Shown here: positions 44,101-56,009 of the stretch, piece after piece
Position numbering within the stretch: the stretch's first letter is position 1
How the letters are laid out: each line of letters opens with the position of its first letter
Made by a program: the position numbers and the translations under genes
Source of the DNA: Mantamonas sphyraenae STR306
Taxonomy: Eukaryota; Protista; CRuMs
Direction of reading: 5' to 3'
DNA length: 64,000 nucleotides
NCBI GenBank assembly: GCA_026936335.1
Contig: JAPMXV010000050.1
Coordinates: 124,001 to 188,000, forward strand
The notes under the pieces: generated by a model
Database searches by the model: none
What the model saw: the letters and a program-made list of their open reading frames with translations, nothing else
What the model was told of the DNA's origin: nothing

Positions 44101-47030
44101 AGTGCAGTGAACCCATGGTACGTGCCACGGCCATGGTGGGCACACTGTTGAAGGAAAACGCAGAGGCGGAGCAGGCGGAAGCCATGGAATCCCGGGCACG
44201 ACGCATCTTGCATGAGTTGCTGTACACGCTTGCACGGTACCAGTATCCCATGTACACCAGCATCGATGTGGAGTACACTCGTGCATGGGACGCCACCTGT
44301 TCGTTCATGCGCATGGCCATGGGCATGGAGAGTGAAACCGAACCCATTGCCATCCTGGATCGGTGCAAACAGGCCATCCAGAACGGTGTGCTTGGCGACC
44401 ACAGCCCCCGTGGCCTCATGCGCAATCCTGCCACCAGCAAGTTGCGTACTGCCACCGGTGCATCTTCATCCACCTCCTCATCGGTATCGGGAGACACCCA
44501 CTCGTCGTCGGGTGCTTCATCCGGCTCATCCTCTTCTTCCTCTTCCTCTTCCATGAGGACCCTGAGCAACATGGCACCAACACTGGCACCAACCCTGGCA
44601 CGGGATTGGGCGTGATTGGGCGTGGCAGCAGCAGCAGCGGGCTGTCGAGTGCAGTGGAGCACGACTCGGAGCTGATGTTCATGGAGGAGGAATCGCCGTC
44701 GTTCCACCTTGGGGACATCGACGTGGTCAACGTGGAGAGCATGATGGTGGTGGCCCATCTGTTGGGTCGCATGCACCTGCCTGCGTCTCTGCTGTCGCAA
44801 TACCTCACCACAATCGACGAAGTGCTGGGTCTGGTTGCGGGATGGGAGGGCGATTCCATGGTGCGCGTTCGCATCAAACGCAACCTTGCCGCCAGTCTGC
44901 ACGCCCAAGGGCGCATCTCCAGTGCCCTCACAGTGTACCAGGAGGCGTACGACATGACACGGCGTGTGCGCAAGGCCGACGACGACCTGGAAAGGCTGGA
45001 AATCCTGCGGCTGTGGGTGAAGCTGCTGGTGGAGGCACGTGATTACACACGCGCGGAACTGCTTTGTGAAGAGGTGTTGCTTGTGCACCACAAGGTGGTG
45101 AAGGAGAAGGGGCAACGGTGGGAGCAGCCGCATGCCAAAGCTGCTGCTGGGTGACACCATGCTGTCGTGTGCAGTGGTGCTGTTTGAACTCAACAAACTC
45201 ACGCAGGTCGAGTCGGCCCTGCGTGAAGCCATGCGGTCGCTGGGCGAGGCGGCAAAGAAACTGCCGCCGGCAAAGGTGCGTCTGATGGAGGCGCAACGAT
45301 GGCAAGCGTTGCTGCTCGGTCGCACGGGCAAGTTTGAACAAGGCAACATGCTCATGGACACGGTCCTCAACCAACTGGCCAGCATGTTCCTCAGTGGACG
45401 TGACACGGGTGCGGAGCAGATGTACGACGCATACCAAATGTGGGCGCGCATGAAGATTGGCGCCCGCGACCTGGAGGGTGCCGTGGACAAGTTGCTGCAA
45501 CTGGAGGACGCCCAGTTGCGTGATCGTGGTGAAACAGGACCTCGCATGACATACTCCATGCTGGGCAACGTGTATGCGGAGCTGGGGGACACGGTCAAAG
45601 CAGAGGCGTACCACATGAAGGCAGTCAACGCGTACCGGCGACACTATGGCGACACACAGCACCCAGAGACGGCCGACGCGATGTTCTCGCTGGCCAAGTT
45701 TCTGCTGTCGTCCAAACGCGACCAGAATGGTGCCAAGGCGTGGCTGCGGTCGGCGTACCAGATCCGACTGGCGTGCATGGGGCCAGACAACAGTGAGACG
45801 AAACAGACGCTGTCGTTGTTGGAGACGCTGCAAACGCCTCAGGAACGCAGTTACAATGCCATGGAGGCACAGATTGTCATCTACATGTCGACGCTTGCCA
45901 ACGGCGAGGCGGACATGGAGGCGGTGCGCATGCACAAGTACCTGGCGTTGCTTATGCTGAAACAGGGCGACGTGGCAGTGGGCATCACACACTGTCGCCG
46001 CGCCCTGGATCTGCTGGGGACCCTGGGATACACAGAGGCGCAACGTGACCTGCACCGATTCCTTGCCGATCGCCTGATGCTGCTGGAGGAGTTTCGCAAC
46101 AGTGCGCTTCAGTATGCACAGTTGGCGAAGCTGTACGACGAGTGGGAGCCCATGTGTGTGGCGCTGCGACGTGGCACGTATCCGACAGGCGTTGCGCTGT
46201 TGCCGGGCGAAGACGCGCTGGAATGGCGTGTGTTGGAGGAGGACAGGGTGTCGTATGGAAACCACACGATTCACTTGCACATGTCCGAGGCTGTGGCACG
46301 TGCGCATGTGCTGCGTGAGCTGGGACGACTGCGTTTGCGCGAAGGCCCTCCCAAGGGTCATTCGGGCGAGCGCACCGAGGCCATGAACGAGGCCCTGAGA
46401 CAAGCCCTGGTGGCGCTGGAGCTGTCGTATGAACTGCGCAACCACTCGGCCACCATGAAGCTGCTTGTGAACACGCTGCTGCAGGTGGGCGAGGAATCAC
46501 GTGCGCGGGAACTGTGTCAGGATTCCGTCGCCGTGGCGGATGAGGTTGTGGGCGCACAGGACCACCCACGCAGGGTGGAGGCCACACGGTTGGCAGGCGA
46601 CCTGTTGGTGGAACATGACAGCACATATGAGCTTGGCTGGAAGTACCTTGAGCAAGCCATGGAGATGCAAACCGTCCTGACAGGCGCTGTCAGCGAGGAG
46701 GTGGCGCAGCTGCACCACCGCATGGCCGAGGTGTTGATGCATCGTGGCAATCTGCAGGAGGGCATGAAGCATGCTATGCAGCAGAAACAGATCCGAGAGC
46801 AATTGGCCGCGTCTGCCTCCGAGGCCGGTGCGGCTTCGTCAACCTCATCCTCCACGTCATCCTCCTCCTCTTCAGGCCCAGGTGGCGACCAGGCGTCCAC
46901 ACAGGCCACAGTGCAACCTGGCACCATGTCCACGGACAAGGGCAAAGGCAGTTCCGGTGGAGGAGGCACCAGCCACAGCAGCTCCTCGTCGGGCAAGTCT
47001 GGGAAGAAGGGCCGCAAGGGACGACGTTGA
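41127..47030 (+). CDS. SAM domain + Cys-rich segment + TPR-repeat protein (~1960 aa) with four apparent frameshifts (~41553, ~42652, ~44590, ~45138)
   Basis: SAM-like WDKKQVLHYV...FRSMDLDGRALLHL, CxC/CxxC motifs and kinesin-light-chain-type TPRs (YGDTQHPETADAMFSLA, MGPDNSET). Five consecutive ORFs abut by single-base shifts. Confidence 0.65.
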
Positions 47031-47088
47031 CCATGAGAATGACAATGTGAGGGGTGGAATTACAGTGGGGGGGGGGGAGGTGTCCTTC

Positions 47089-48102
47089 TCATCGGAATCG
47101 ATTCATTTCCTTCTTTTTGAAGTGGCGCATCGCCATGAGATCTCCCTTGCTCATCTTGGCCCGTTTGTCGTCGTGACCCCCAACAGCACCGCCGCCATGG
47201 TTGCCTTGCGATGAGACTGACGATGACGACGATGATGATGAGGCCCCAGGCGGCTGTTTGCGTTTGCGGTCGTTGGATGAGTTGTTGGAGGAGGAGGCAG
47301 CACCTCCCGAGCGGTAGGCAAAGCGTTGGTGGCCAATGTAACTTGTGTCTGTGTTGCCGTGCTGTCGACGCTCCCGATCCCGTTGTTCCTTGTGGCGTGC
47401 CATCATGGCTTTCTTGGCTGCTTCTGTGGCCTCTATGTTGCGCAGTTTGACTTCGACAGGCAGATCCACCTCGACGATGGCAATGCTGGCCATGTCATCG
47501 TCATGCTCCTGTGTGTTCTTTACCTTGACCTGGAGATGGTCGGGCACCTGATACAGGGAATCCACTTCGGATTGCACCTTTTTCACCGCCTCGGCCTTCT
47601 CGTCCGTGGTCTTTGTGGCCGCCCCCATCTCCACCATCCGTTTCTGGATGTACTCCTCCATGCGCTGGTCCATCATGACCCCCTCCGATTCCTGTGTGAA
47701 TGTGGATCCAAACGCCTTTGTCCCCTCGCCGTCGCCGTCCTCCTGGCCGTGTACCGTCAGGCCGCTCTTTGGGGCGCGCGATTCGGCCGCTGCCTTTTTG
47801 GCCGCCTCCACAGCCGCTGCGCCCATGCTGCTGCTGTCCACCAGACCATTCTGTACAATGTGTTGCAACTCTTCGGCAGAGGTGCCCACTCGGCGCTGAC
47901 GCATGGCCTGCACCCGTTTGATCCTCTCCAAGGGATCTTCCTCCTCCTCTTCCTCCTCCTGCGCCGACCGCTGGCTCTGGCTCCCACCTTCCGCCTTCTC
48001 CTCGTCTGCATCTGCCTCTGCCACCCGTTTCCTCATGTGTCGCTTCTTTCGTCCCTTGGGCTTGCGGAACGCCACCACACCTGTGTCTGACCCGTCGTCC
48101 AT
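47089..48102 (-). CDS. C9orf78: TLS1/C9orf78 (HCA59) splicing-associated protein, 337 aa
   Basis: MEEYIQKRM, SLYQVPDHL, IVEVDLPVEVKLRNIEATEAAK and a C-terminal D.MAMRHFKK match the family pattern. Confidence 0.85.
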   Translation of the reverse strand: MDDGSDTGVVAFRKPKGRKKRHMRKRVAEADADEEKAEGGSQSQRSAQEEEEEEEDPLERIKRVQAMRQRRVGTSAEELQHIVQNGLVDSSSMGAAAVEAAKKAAAESRAPKSGLTVHGQEDGDGEGTKAFGSTFTQESEGVMMDQRMEEYIQKRMVEMGAATKTTDEKAEAVKKVQSEVDSLYQVPDHLQVKVKNTQEHDDDMASIAIVEVDLPVEVKLRNIEATEAAKKAMMARHKEQRDRERRQHGNTDTSYIGHQRFAYRSGGAASSSNNSSNDRKRKQPPGASSSSSSSSVSSQGNHGGGAVGGHDDKRAKMSKGDLMAMRHFKKKEMNRFR

Positions 48103-48210
48103 GCTTGAGGGGTTTGAGCTGTGTGCATCGGTGCGTGGAGTGGTCCCCAGCGTGATCGTCAAGAGGTTTGCATGCATTTGCACTTTTCATGTTCATCTCC
48201 ATCCAATGGT

Positions 48211-49137
48211 TCATTCGTTGTTGTTGCCTTTGGCCTGTGCAAACAGGAGCTCGTAGTGATAGGGGGTTCCCAGTTTCTCTGTGGCATCCTCCACCAGGGT
48301 GAACCCAGCCGACACAAACACCTCCTCCACCTCCTTTGCCGTTTGGAAGTGGTGGTGATGGTGGCCATGGTCGCCGTGTTTGTCCTCATCTTTCTCCCCG
48401 TCCTCATGGTCATGGTCATGGTGATGGTGATGGTGGTGGTGATGATGGTGGTGATCATCCTCTCCGGACGTCTCCTCACCCTTGTCCTCACCGTGTCCAT
48501 GTCCATGTCCGTGTCCATGTCCATGTCCGTGTCCATGTCCGTGTCCATGCCCGTGTCCGTTGCCATGTCCATGTCCATGCTTGTGTTGGTGCTCTTCGTC
48601 CTTGCCGCTCTTGACCTTGCTGACCCAGTCCGGGTTTTCAAAGTCGACGATGCACACCATCCCGGTGCCCTGCTTCAGCTGTCCACTGCTCACCAGGTTC
48701 TCCAGATACTCCTTTTGGTTGTCGATGTGATGCAGGGTCTGGCAAATAAACACCAGATCGCAGGCTTCCGGAACTTCCGGCGAGTCGAGTTTTCCCACCA
48801 GCCCCACCAGCTTGCCTTGCAACCCCTCCTTCTCTGCTCGCTCGTTCACATACGTGGCCATCATTTGCTTCACCTCCGACACGTACGACGTCACGTTGTC
48901 GCATGCCTTGGCAAATCGGGAGGCAAAATACCCCGTGCCTCCGCCGACATCAGCCACCACCGCCCCGTCAAACAATGCCTTGGCATCCACCAACCATTGC
49001 ACCACTTCATCCGGTTTCTGGTATTCATCACGTCCCTCGTGTTCAAAGTGTCCCTCGTACGTCTCCACTGTCTGTGCGTACTCGTGGGTGTCCTTCCCGT
49101 CGCGTTCGTCGTGCACATGCTCCGTGTTCTCACTCAT
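48211..49137 (-). CDS. Class I SAM-dependent methyltransferase with internal (GH)n and poly-His insertion, 308 aa
   Basis: RDEYQKPDEVV, motif I VADVGGGTGYF, DLVFICQTLHHI and VCIVDF. The His-rich tract lies at ~48348-48592. Confidence 0.85.
   Translation of the reverse strand: MSENTEHVHDERDGKDTHEYAQTVETYEGHFEHEGRDEYQKPDEVVQWLVDAKALFDGAVVADVGGGTGYFASRFAKACDNVTSYVSEVKQMMATYVNERAEKEGLQGKLVGLVGKLDSPEVPEACDLVFICQTLHHIDNQKEYLENLVSSGQLKQGTGMVCIVDFENPDWVSKVKSGKDEEHQHKHGHGHGNGHGHGHGHGHGHGHGHGHGHGHGEDKGEETSGEDDHHHHHHHHHHHHDHDHEDGEKDEDKHGDHGHHHHHFQTAKEVEEVFVSAGFTLVEDATEKLGTPYHYELLFAQAKGNNNE
48492..48580 (-). repeat. (GGACAT/GGACAC)n hexamer repeat encoding a Gly-His tract
   Basis: The plus strand reads tandem tgtcca/tgtccg. 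Confidence 0.9.
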
Positions 49138-49277
49138 GGTGATGTATGTGTGTGTGTGTGTGTGTGTGGTTGGGTGGGTGGTTGGGTGAACCAAGGTGAG
49201 TGTTCTTGGATGATTGGTTGCCATGCCTCGCGCGTTGGACGCCAACCTTTTGCCACTTGCCAACCCTTTCCGCCCAC

Positions 49278-51659
49278 ATGACGTCATTCGGTCCCAAGCA
49301 GCGTCAGCAAGACGTCATCCAGCGCATGCTGCACCTGAATGACTCTGCGTCCCTGGGCAACGAGGACTGGGAGGAGGTGTGGAAGATCCTCGTCTACGAC
49401 GACCACTGCCGCGACATTGTCTTTCCGCTCTTCTCCGTCAACGCCCTTCGCAAGGAAGGCGTCACCCTCAACCTGTATGTGTGTCCCTGTGTGTATTCCC
49501 ACCATGTCCCACCTCTTCGTTCCCATCCCTCCTCTCCCATCCCATGTCCCACTTCATCCCCACCGCTCTCTCTGTACACCTTTGCACGCCCCAAACAATG
49601 CGGCGGGTGCTCATCCTGCAAATCCCTCCCCTGCCCTCCATGGCCTTCCCACTGCACACATTCGCTCGCACACACTCACCCACACACTGTGTACACACAC
49701 ACGCCTCTGCGTTGGTGGGTGCAGTCACATCAAACAGAAGCGCACACGCGTGGCAGACGTGCCTGCAATCTACTTTGTCGAGCCGACCAGCGCCAACATC
49801 GACCGAATCTGCGAGGTAGGCGCGGGCGCCCTGAAAGCGGCTGGTGGGGTTACAGAGTGCCACGTGCTGACCCTCCACACACACACATACATGACAACAC
49901 AACACATTGCATGCACGACGAATGGTAGGATCTGGAGAACAACCTGTACGATCAGGTGTACTTGAATTTCAGCACCAAGTTGCCTGAGGAGCTGATGGAG
50001 CGTCTGGTGAGCCGGACGGTGCAATTGGACACGGCAGAGCGTGTGAAGCAGGTGTATGACCAGTATGTGGACTTTCAATGTCTGGATTCGCATCTGGTGT
50101 CGTTGCAATTGCCCAAGGCGTTCTACAAGCTGCAGAGTGCCAAGAGCGAATCCGACGTCATGCCTCTGCTCGACCACATTGTGCAGGGTCTGTTTTGTTA
50201 CTTTGCCACAATGGCCACGGTGCCCATCATCCGTGCACAACCTGGTGGGGCGGCCGAACAGGTGGCTATCATGCTGGACGACCAGTTGCGTTCCCATCTC
50301 AACCTCACCAACAATCTCTTTGCCAACACAGAAGGGACGGGCGAAGGGTCGTCGTCGTCGTCGTCGTCGTCGTCGTCTTCATCTTCATCCTCCTCCTCCT
50401 CCACATCGTCATCGTCATCGTCGCAGGGACGACCGGTGTTGATTCTGTTGGACCGCACCATCGACCTTGTGGCGATGCTGCATCACAATTGGGGCTACCA
50501 GGCACTGATCCACGACCTGCTGCACATGGAACTCAACTCTGTGGCGGTGCCTGTGGAGGAGAAGGACGGCGAATCGGGGCAGAAGAAAACGGTGACGCAC
50601 CACTACTTCTTGGACGACGACGCAGACGCGTTCTGGGGCAGCAACGCAGGCAGACCGTTTCCAGAGGTGGCAGAAGAGGTGCAGGTCAAGGTGGAGGAGT
50701 ATCGTAGCGAGTACACGCGTGTGACCGACTTTCAGGCAGACAAGCAAACCAAGGATCTGGTGGATGCGGTCAACATGCTGCCGGAACTCAACGCGCTGAA
50801 GCAGAGTGTGGACATGCACACAAACATTGCCACGTGTCTGTTCAACCTCATCAAGGAGCGCAAACTGGACGCGTACTACAGCGTGGAACAGAGTCTGATG
50901 AACAGGACCACGTTGGACAGCGACACCTTTCGCACCCTCATCCACGACGCCGACAGCGGCAGCATCGACGACAAGGTGCGTCTCTTTCTCATCTACCACC
51001 TGTGCGATCCCAAGGGGGCGGCAAAGGAACGTGTGCAGGAGTTGGAAGAAGCCTTGCTGGCACAGGGGGCCACCATGGATGCACTGGCCACAGTCAAACG
51101 ATTGGCCTCCTTCTCCCTGGCTCAGTACGGTGGCACACAGAGCAGCAAGTCGGGAAGCACCTCGCAGCTGAGCCAGAGTTTCGGCTCCATGCTCAAGTTT
51201 GCCGACGACGCCTACTCCAAGGGTCTCAACACCCTCATGGCCGGCATCCGCGACTTTACGGTGGATGTGAACAACACCCGGCTGGCCATCAGTAATATTG
51301 TGCAAACGGTGATGGAGAACAGAGGCGGCCAGGAGCGCTCCTCCTCATCTTCCTCCGGTGGCAATTCCGGCGATGACGTCGACGTCAGCCAGTATCTGTA
51401 TCTGGATCCCAAGCTGGCCACCCGCAAGAGCAGCAGCAGACAGCGCAAGAGCTTCAGTCGTGCAGTGGTGGTGGTGGTGGGAGGAGGCAACTTCCTGGAA
51501 TACCAGAACCTCATGGACACCATGGGCGGCAAGGGCAACGTCGTGTACGGCGTCACAGAGGTTGTTTCTCCAGAGAGCTTCCTCAGTGAGTTGGCAGACC
51601 TCAGTCGAGGGCCTTCCACGTCGTCGTCTGCCATTGCTGGGGACTTGCAGGTGGATTGA
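49278..51659 (+). CDS. SLY1: Sec1-family protein SLY1/SCFD1, 672 aa; exons 49278-49474, 49725-49815, 49929-51659
   Basis: WKILVYD...LRKEGVTL, DVPAIYFVEPT, RPVLILLDR, HNWGYQALIHD, FPEVAE, DMHTNIAT and GGGNFLEYQNL. Two GT-AG introns keep the frame. Confidence 0.95.
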
Positions 51660-51832
51660 GGGAGGACCTGGCCTGGGGACAACAATGGATTCCACGTGCA
51701 ATCGTTTCAATGATCACCGACACTCATTGGGTCGAATTTCTCCTCTCCAGCAATCAGTGTCGCACTTTCCATCTCTTCCAGCGAGTGTGATTTGGGGAAA
51801 GGAAGTGGGAGCCAAACGGCCCTGCTCCCCAT

Positions 51833-53779
51833 CCACAACGACATCCCGACCCCATTCCCACCCCACACAACCACGTTACAAAGGTCCCATTCGCAACAAG
51901 ATCGCACGCTCTTTACTGAGACTGGGAAGAAGTGACACACCACACACGGATGATGTTGTCCGTGTAGCCACTGTACAGCGTCTCACCGTCCACAGACCAG
52001 GCCAGGCTGATGCAGTACGGCTGCTGCTTGCCCACATCCTCAAACTCGGGCTTCAGCTCGTCCACCAGCGACTTGGTCTCCAGATCCCAGATCTTGATTC
52101 CGTTGGTCGTGGCAGCACACAGCCAGTAGCGCGAGGGAGAGAACACCAGAGCATGGATGATCGAGTTGGCCTCCAGCGAGTACAGGTGCTTGCCCTCGCT
52201 CAGGTCCCACAGCATCGCCACTCCGTCCTTGCCACCCGAGGCGCACAGCGACCCGTCCGGCGAGATGGTCACACTGTTGATGTATCCCGTGTGGCCAATC
52301 AGGTTCGTGCGCAGCTTGTAGTTGTTCAGCGACCACACCTTGACCACCTTGTCCCAACCGGCAGACACAATCGTCGGGTTCTTGTTGTTGGGCGAGAACT
52401 TGACGCACGACACCCAATCCGAGTGACCATCCTGGGACAGTGTCACCTTGCAGTCACCCAGCGTGTTCCACAGCTTCACACTGCGGTCCCGCGAGCCACT
52501 CAGGATCTTGCGGTTGTCCGTGCTGAACGCAACCGACAGCACATCCTTCTCGTGGCCCACAAAGCGACGCGTCGACTCGCCCGAGCTGATCTCCCACAGA
52601 CGCAGAGTGCCATCCCACGAACCCGACAGTGCAAACTGTCCATCCGAAGAGATCACCACATCCTGCACAAATCCACTGTGGCCAGTCAGAGACTTGGACG
52701 GCACGCCAAACTCTCCGTCGCTGTCACGTGTGATGCGCCACACAATGATCGACTTGTCTCGGCTGCCCGACAGAATCATGTCGTTCGTCTCGGACGTCGT
52801 AGCAATCGACGTCACCCTGTGGAGGTGGAGAGGGAAAGGGGAAGGGGGGGAAGAGTGTGGGGGGATGCATGAAGAGGTTGGTTGGAGGGGGGATGGGTTG
52901 GAGGGGGGGGGATGCATGGAGACACAGCGAGGGTGTGGGTAGAGCAGATAGGGTAGAGACACAGAGAGGGAGAGAGAGAGGGAGAGGGAGAGTAGCAGAG
53001 GGGTGGGGAAGGAGAGGAGGAGCAGAGCCAGGCGAGAGTTGACGGGAGGCAAAATGGGGAAACGCCAACACAGGAGAAGGAAGCACATTACAGACACACA
53101 CACGAGCCACAGATTGTGTGTCAGTTGTTCTGTCCCTCACGTGTCCCATCTCCCGTGTGCACACAGATGGTGGACGACGCAACCGCATGTGCCAGCTGGA
53201 ACGAGGTGCTTTTTCGCGTGGCCCAGCAATTTGCATGCATGCCTCCTTCAGGCCCAACGCTCGTTTTCGCACGCACACAGCCTCGTCCAGCCGGCTCTGC
53301 TACATGCCATCCTGTCCACACATGCCACACGGCTCCATCCCCCCTCTTGTGTGTCTCTGTGTCTGCTGCGCGTGGCCAGCCATGCGCCACGGCGGCCACA
53401 AGGGTGCCGCCGGGCTCTGCTCACGGCTGCCTCGGCACAACGTTTGGCACCACAGCACACGACACAAGCACACACACACGCATTCATCACGTCCAAGGGT
53501 AGCACAATGCACATGCGCATCCCCAGACACTTTGTCATGCGACGTGGTGGAAGCAGAGTGTGTGTACAGGGCCCAAAACGTGTGTGCGTGGCCGTCCCGT
53601 TCAATTCGGGAGGGCAGCTGCAACGGCGCCGCACAGAGACACACAAGACAGAAGGAGGACATCCACACACATCCACAGCCTCACGTACCAGCCATCGTGG
53701 CCCTCCAGGGTACCGCGCAGAGAAATGGATTCGCTCATCTTGTTTTCTGGTTTGTTGCAATGCCCGCTCCTGCGCGTCT
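51833..53779 (-). repeat. Right arm of the RACK1 inverted duplication
   Basis: Reverse complement of 39077-41023, with scattered differences only in the intron and UTR flanks. Confidence 0.92.
51913..53738 (-). CDS. RACK1: RACK1 copy 2, 317 aa; exons 53738-53689, 52816-51913
   Basis: Protein identical to copy 1, with the same intron position. Confidence 0.97.
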
Positions 53780-53942
53780 CCGCTCCCCCCCCTCCCCCAT
53801 TCTGGCTCCCTTCCCAGCAGCGTCCAACCCCCTGCACACCCATCACCACTCACTCCTGATCCCCTCTCCCTTCTTCCCAAACCCCCCCCTCCCCCGTTGA
53901 TGCCAACCAAACAACTCACTTCTCCCCCCCCCTCCCGGCACC

Positions 53943-56009
53943 ATGGATCTCGGTCCCGTGACAGGCCTTGGGTCTGAGGAACAGGACTCCACATTGCTGC
54001 GTTCTCGTTCCCGTGCAGCCACAAAGGCGTACATGGAACGCGTGGCAAGCAAACGCACACACTCCATCAACAACAACAAGACGGGCAACAACAACGACCT
54101 GCAAACCTCGCTCCTGTCCGATCAGGACAAGGCAAGCGTGGAAGACGGCGCTGCTGCTGGCGATGCACCCTTTGTCCAGGATGGTCCCATCCTCAGTGTC
54201 AAGGAAAAGATTTTCTATGGCGCGGGCGATTCGGCCAACTCCATCAGCGCCGCCATCCTTGGCTTCTTCCTCCTCCAGTTTCTCCTTGAGGTCGCTCAGC
54301 TCGAGCCGCCACTGGCCAGTGCCGTACTTCTCATCAGGTAATGTCACCGTGCTCACAGGGGGAAAGTCTTCGTGTCGACCCAGCTGCGTATGCATGGGCC
54401 CCTTGGCAACGAGCGGCGGTTGTTGTTTCGCCTTTTCCCTCCAAATCTGCACGCTTTGGCTTTTTGTGTGAAAAACGCAACCCGGCGCTGACCCTGTTGC
54501 CCAATGCCACCATGTGTGCCACAGCAAGATCTTTGATGCCATCAGTGACCCCATTGTGGGCCGTTTGAGTGATCTCACCAACACCCGCTGGGGTCGTCGC
54601 CGTCCCTGGCTGGTTGTCTTTGCCATCCCGTTTGCGATCACCTTTATCCTCATGTTCCAAGTGCCCTACGGCCCAGAGAACCAGATGGGTCTGTTTTGGT
54701 ACTATCTCATTGCCCTCATCATGCTCAACACCTTCTACACAACCATTGGCGTGCCCCACGTTGCCTTGACCCCCGAGCTCACCCTCGACTACCAGGAGCG
54801 CAACGAACTCACTGCCGTACGTGCCCCTTCCCCCTCTCCTCCCCTCCTTCCCCCCCTTCCACCCCGCCAGTCCTGTCTAACCCCATCCTCTCACAGTACA
54901 AACTGATCACCACCGTGCTGTCGTCCTTGGTTGGCTCCATTGGCCATGCAGCCATCCTTGCAGGGTACCCTGGTGACCCAAAGACAGGGTATGTGGTGTC
55001 CTCGCTGGTGTTTGGATGTTGGATGATGCTCCCGCCGTGGATGACTGCATACTACGCGCGTGAGTTGTTTTCGGTCCCACCCGACACCACACCGTTCCTG
55101 GACCAGGTCAAGTTTGCCGTGCGCAACCGTGAGTTCCGCAAGATCTGCTTCCTGTACCTCACCGCCTGGTTGGCAGTGCAGTTCACCCAGAGCAACCTCA
55201 TCCTGTACCTCAAATACTGCCTGGAGATCCACAGCGGCGGCGCCGTCGTTGCCATCATTGCCGTCGTCCAGATCACCACCAGTCTCAGCATCGGCGCCGC
55301 GGGTGCCCTCATTCCCCGCTGGGGCAAGAAAAAGGTGTTTCGCATCGGCATGCTCTGGCTGATGCCGCTGATGGCGGTGATGGGTCTCTTGCCCGCAGGC
55401 ACCCCGGTTGCCATTGTCATCGTCCTCTCTCTGCTGGCTGGCATTGGCATTGCCGTCGCCTTTCTCATCCCATTCACAATGGTGCCGGATGTCATCGACC
55501 TGGACGAGCTCCACAGCGGCACCCGACGCGAGGGCATCTTTTACGGTCTCTTTATCTTTCTACAGAAGCTGGGCATCAGTGTGGGCCTGGGTGTGGCCTC
55601 CGCCCTCCTCGGTGCCGCTGGCTACAATGCCAAGCTGGGTGACAACCAGCCGGCCGCTGTTCCGCTTACCCTTCGTCTCATGCTTGGTCTCGTCCCGCCC
55701 ATCTTTATTTCCCTCTCGCTGTACTTTAACCACCAGTACAGCATCACACAGGAGGTCCATGCAGACATCATGCGTCAGCTTGCCGAACGTGCTGGCACCG
55801 ACGAACTCCAGGACATTGCTGCGCTCAAGGTTTCCGCCCCCGCCAAGAAGTACAGCGACAAGCCCGACAACGATGGTGGCGATGATGACGACAACGACAA
55901 TGACAATGACAATGACAACGACAACGACAACGACGTTGGTGGTGGCAATGACAGTGACAATGACTCCGGTGGTGGCAACGACAGCGACGGTGGGGGATCA
56001 TCCGACTGA
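53943..56009 (+). CDS. MFS transporter, GPH/MelB-MFSD2 family, 599 aa; exons 53943-54337, 54525-54816, 54897-56009
   Basis: KIFYGAGD, FDAISDPIVGRLSD..TRWGRRRPW, ALTPELT.DYQERN.LT and MVPDVID.DEL..G.RREG.FYG. Acidic (DN)n tail. Confidence 0.92.
55880..55990 (+). repeat. Hexamer repeat (GACAAT/GACAAC)n encoding an Asp-Asn acidic tail
   Basis: Read directly in the MFS C-terminus. Confidence 0.85.

Noticed and set aside
48348-48592. Short tandem repeats here and at 55880-55990 as CRISPR or telomeric arrays
   Set aside because: They are in-frame coding hexamer repeats without spacers.
39077-53779. Composite transposon interpretation of the inverted arms
   Set aside because: The arms are complete RACK1 genes, with no transposase and no target-site duplication.
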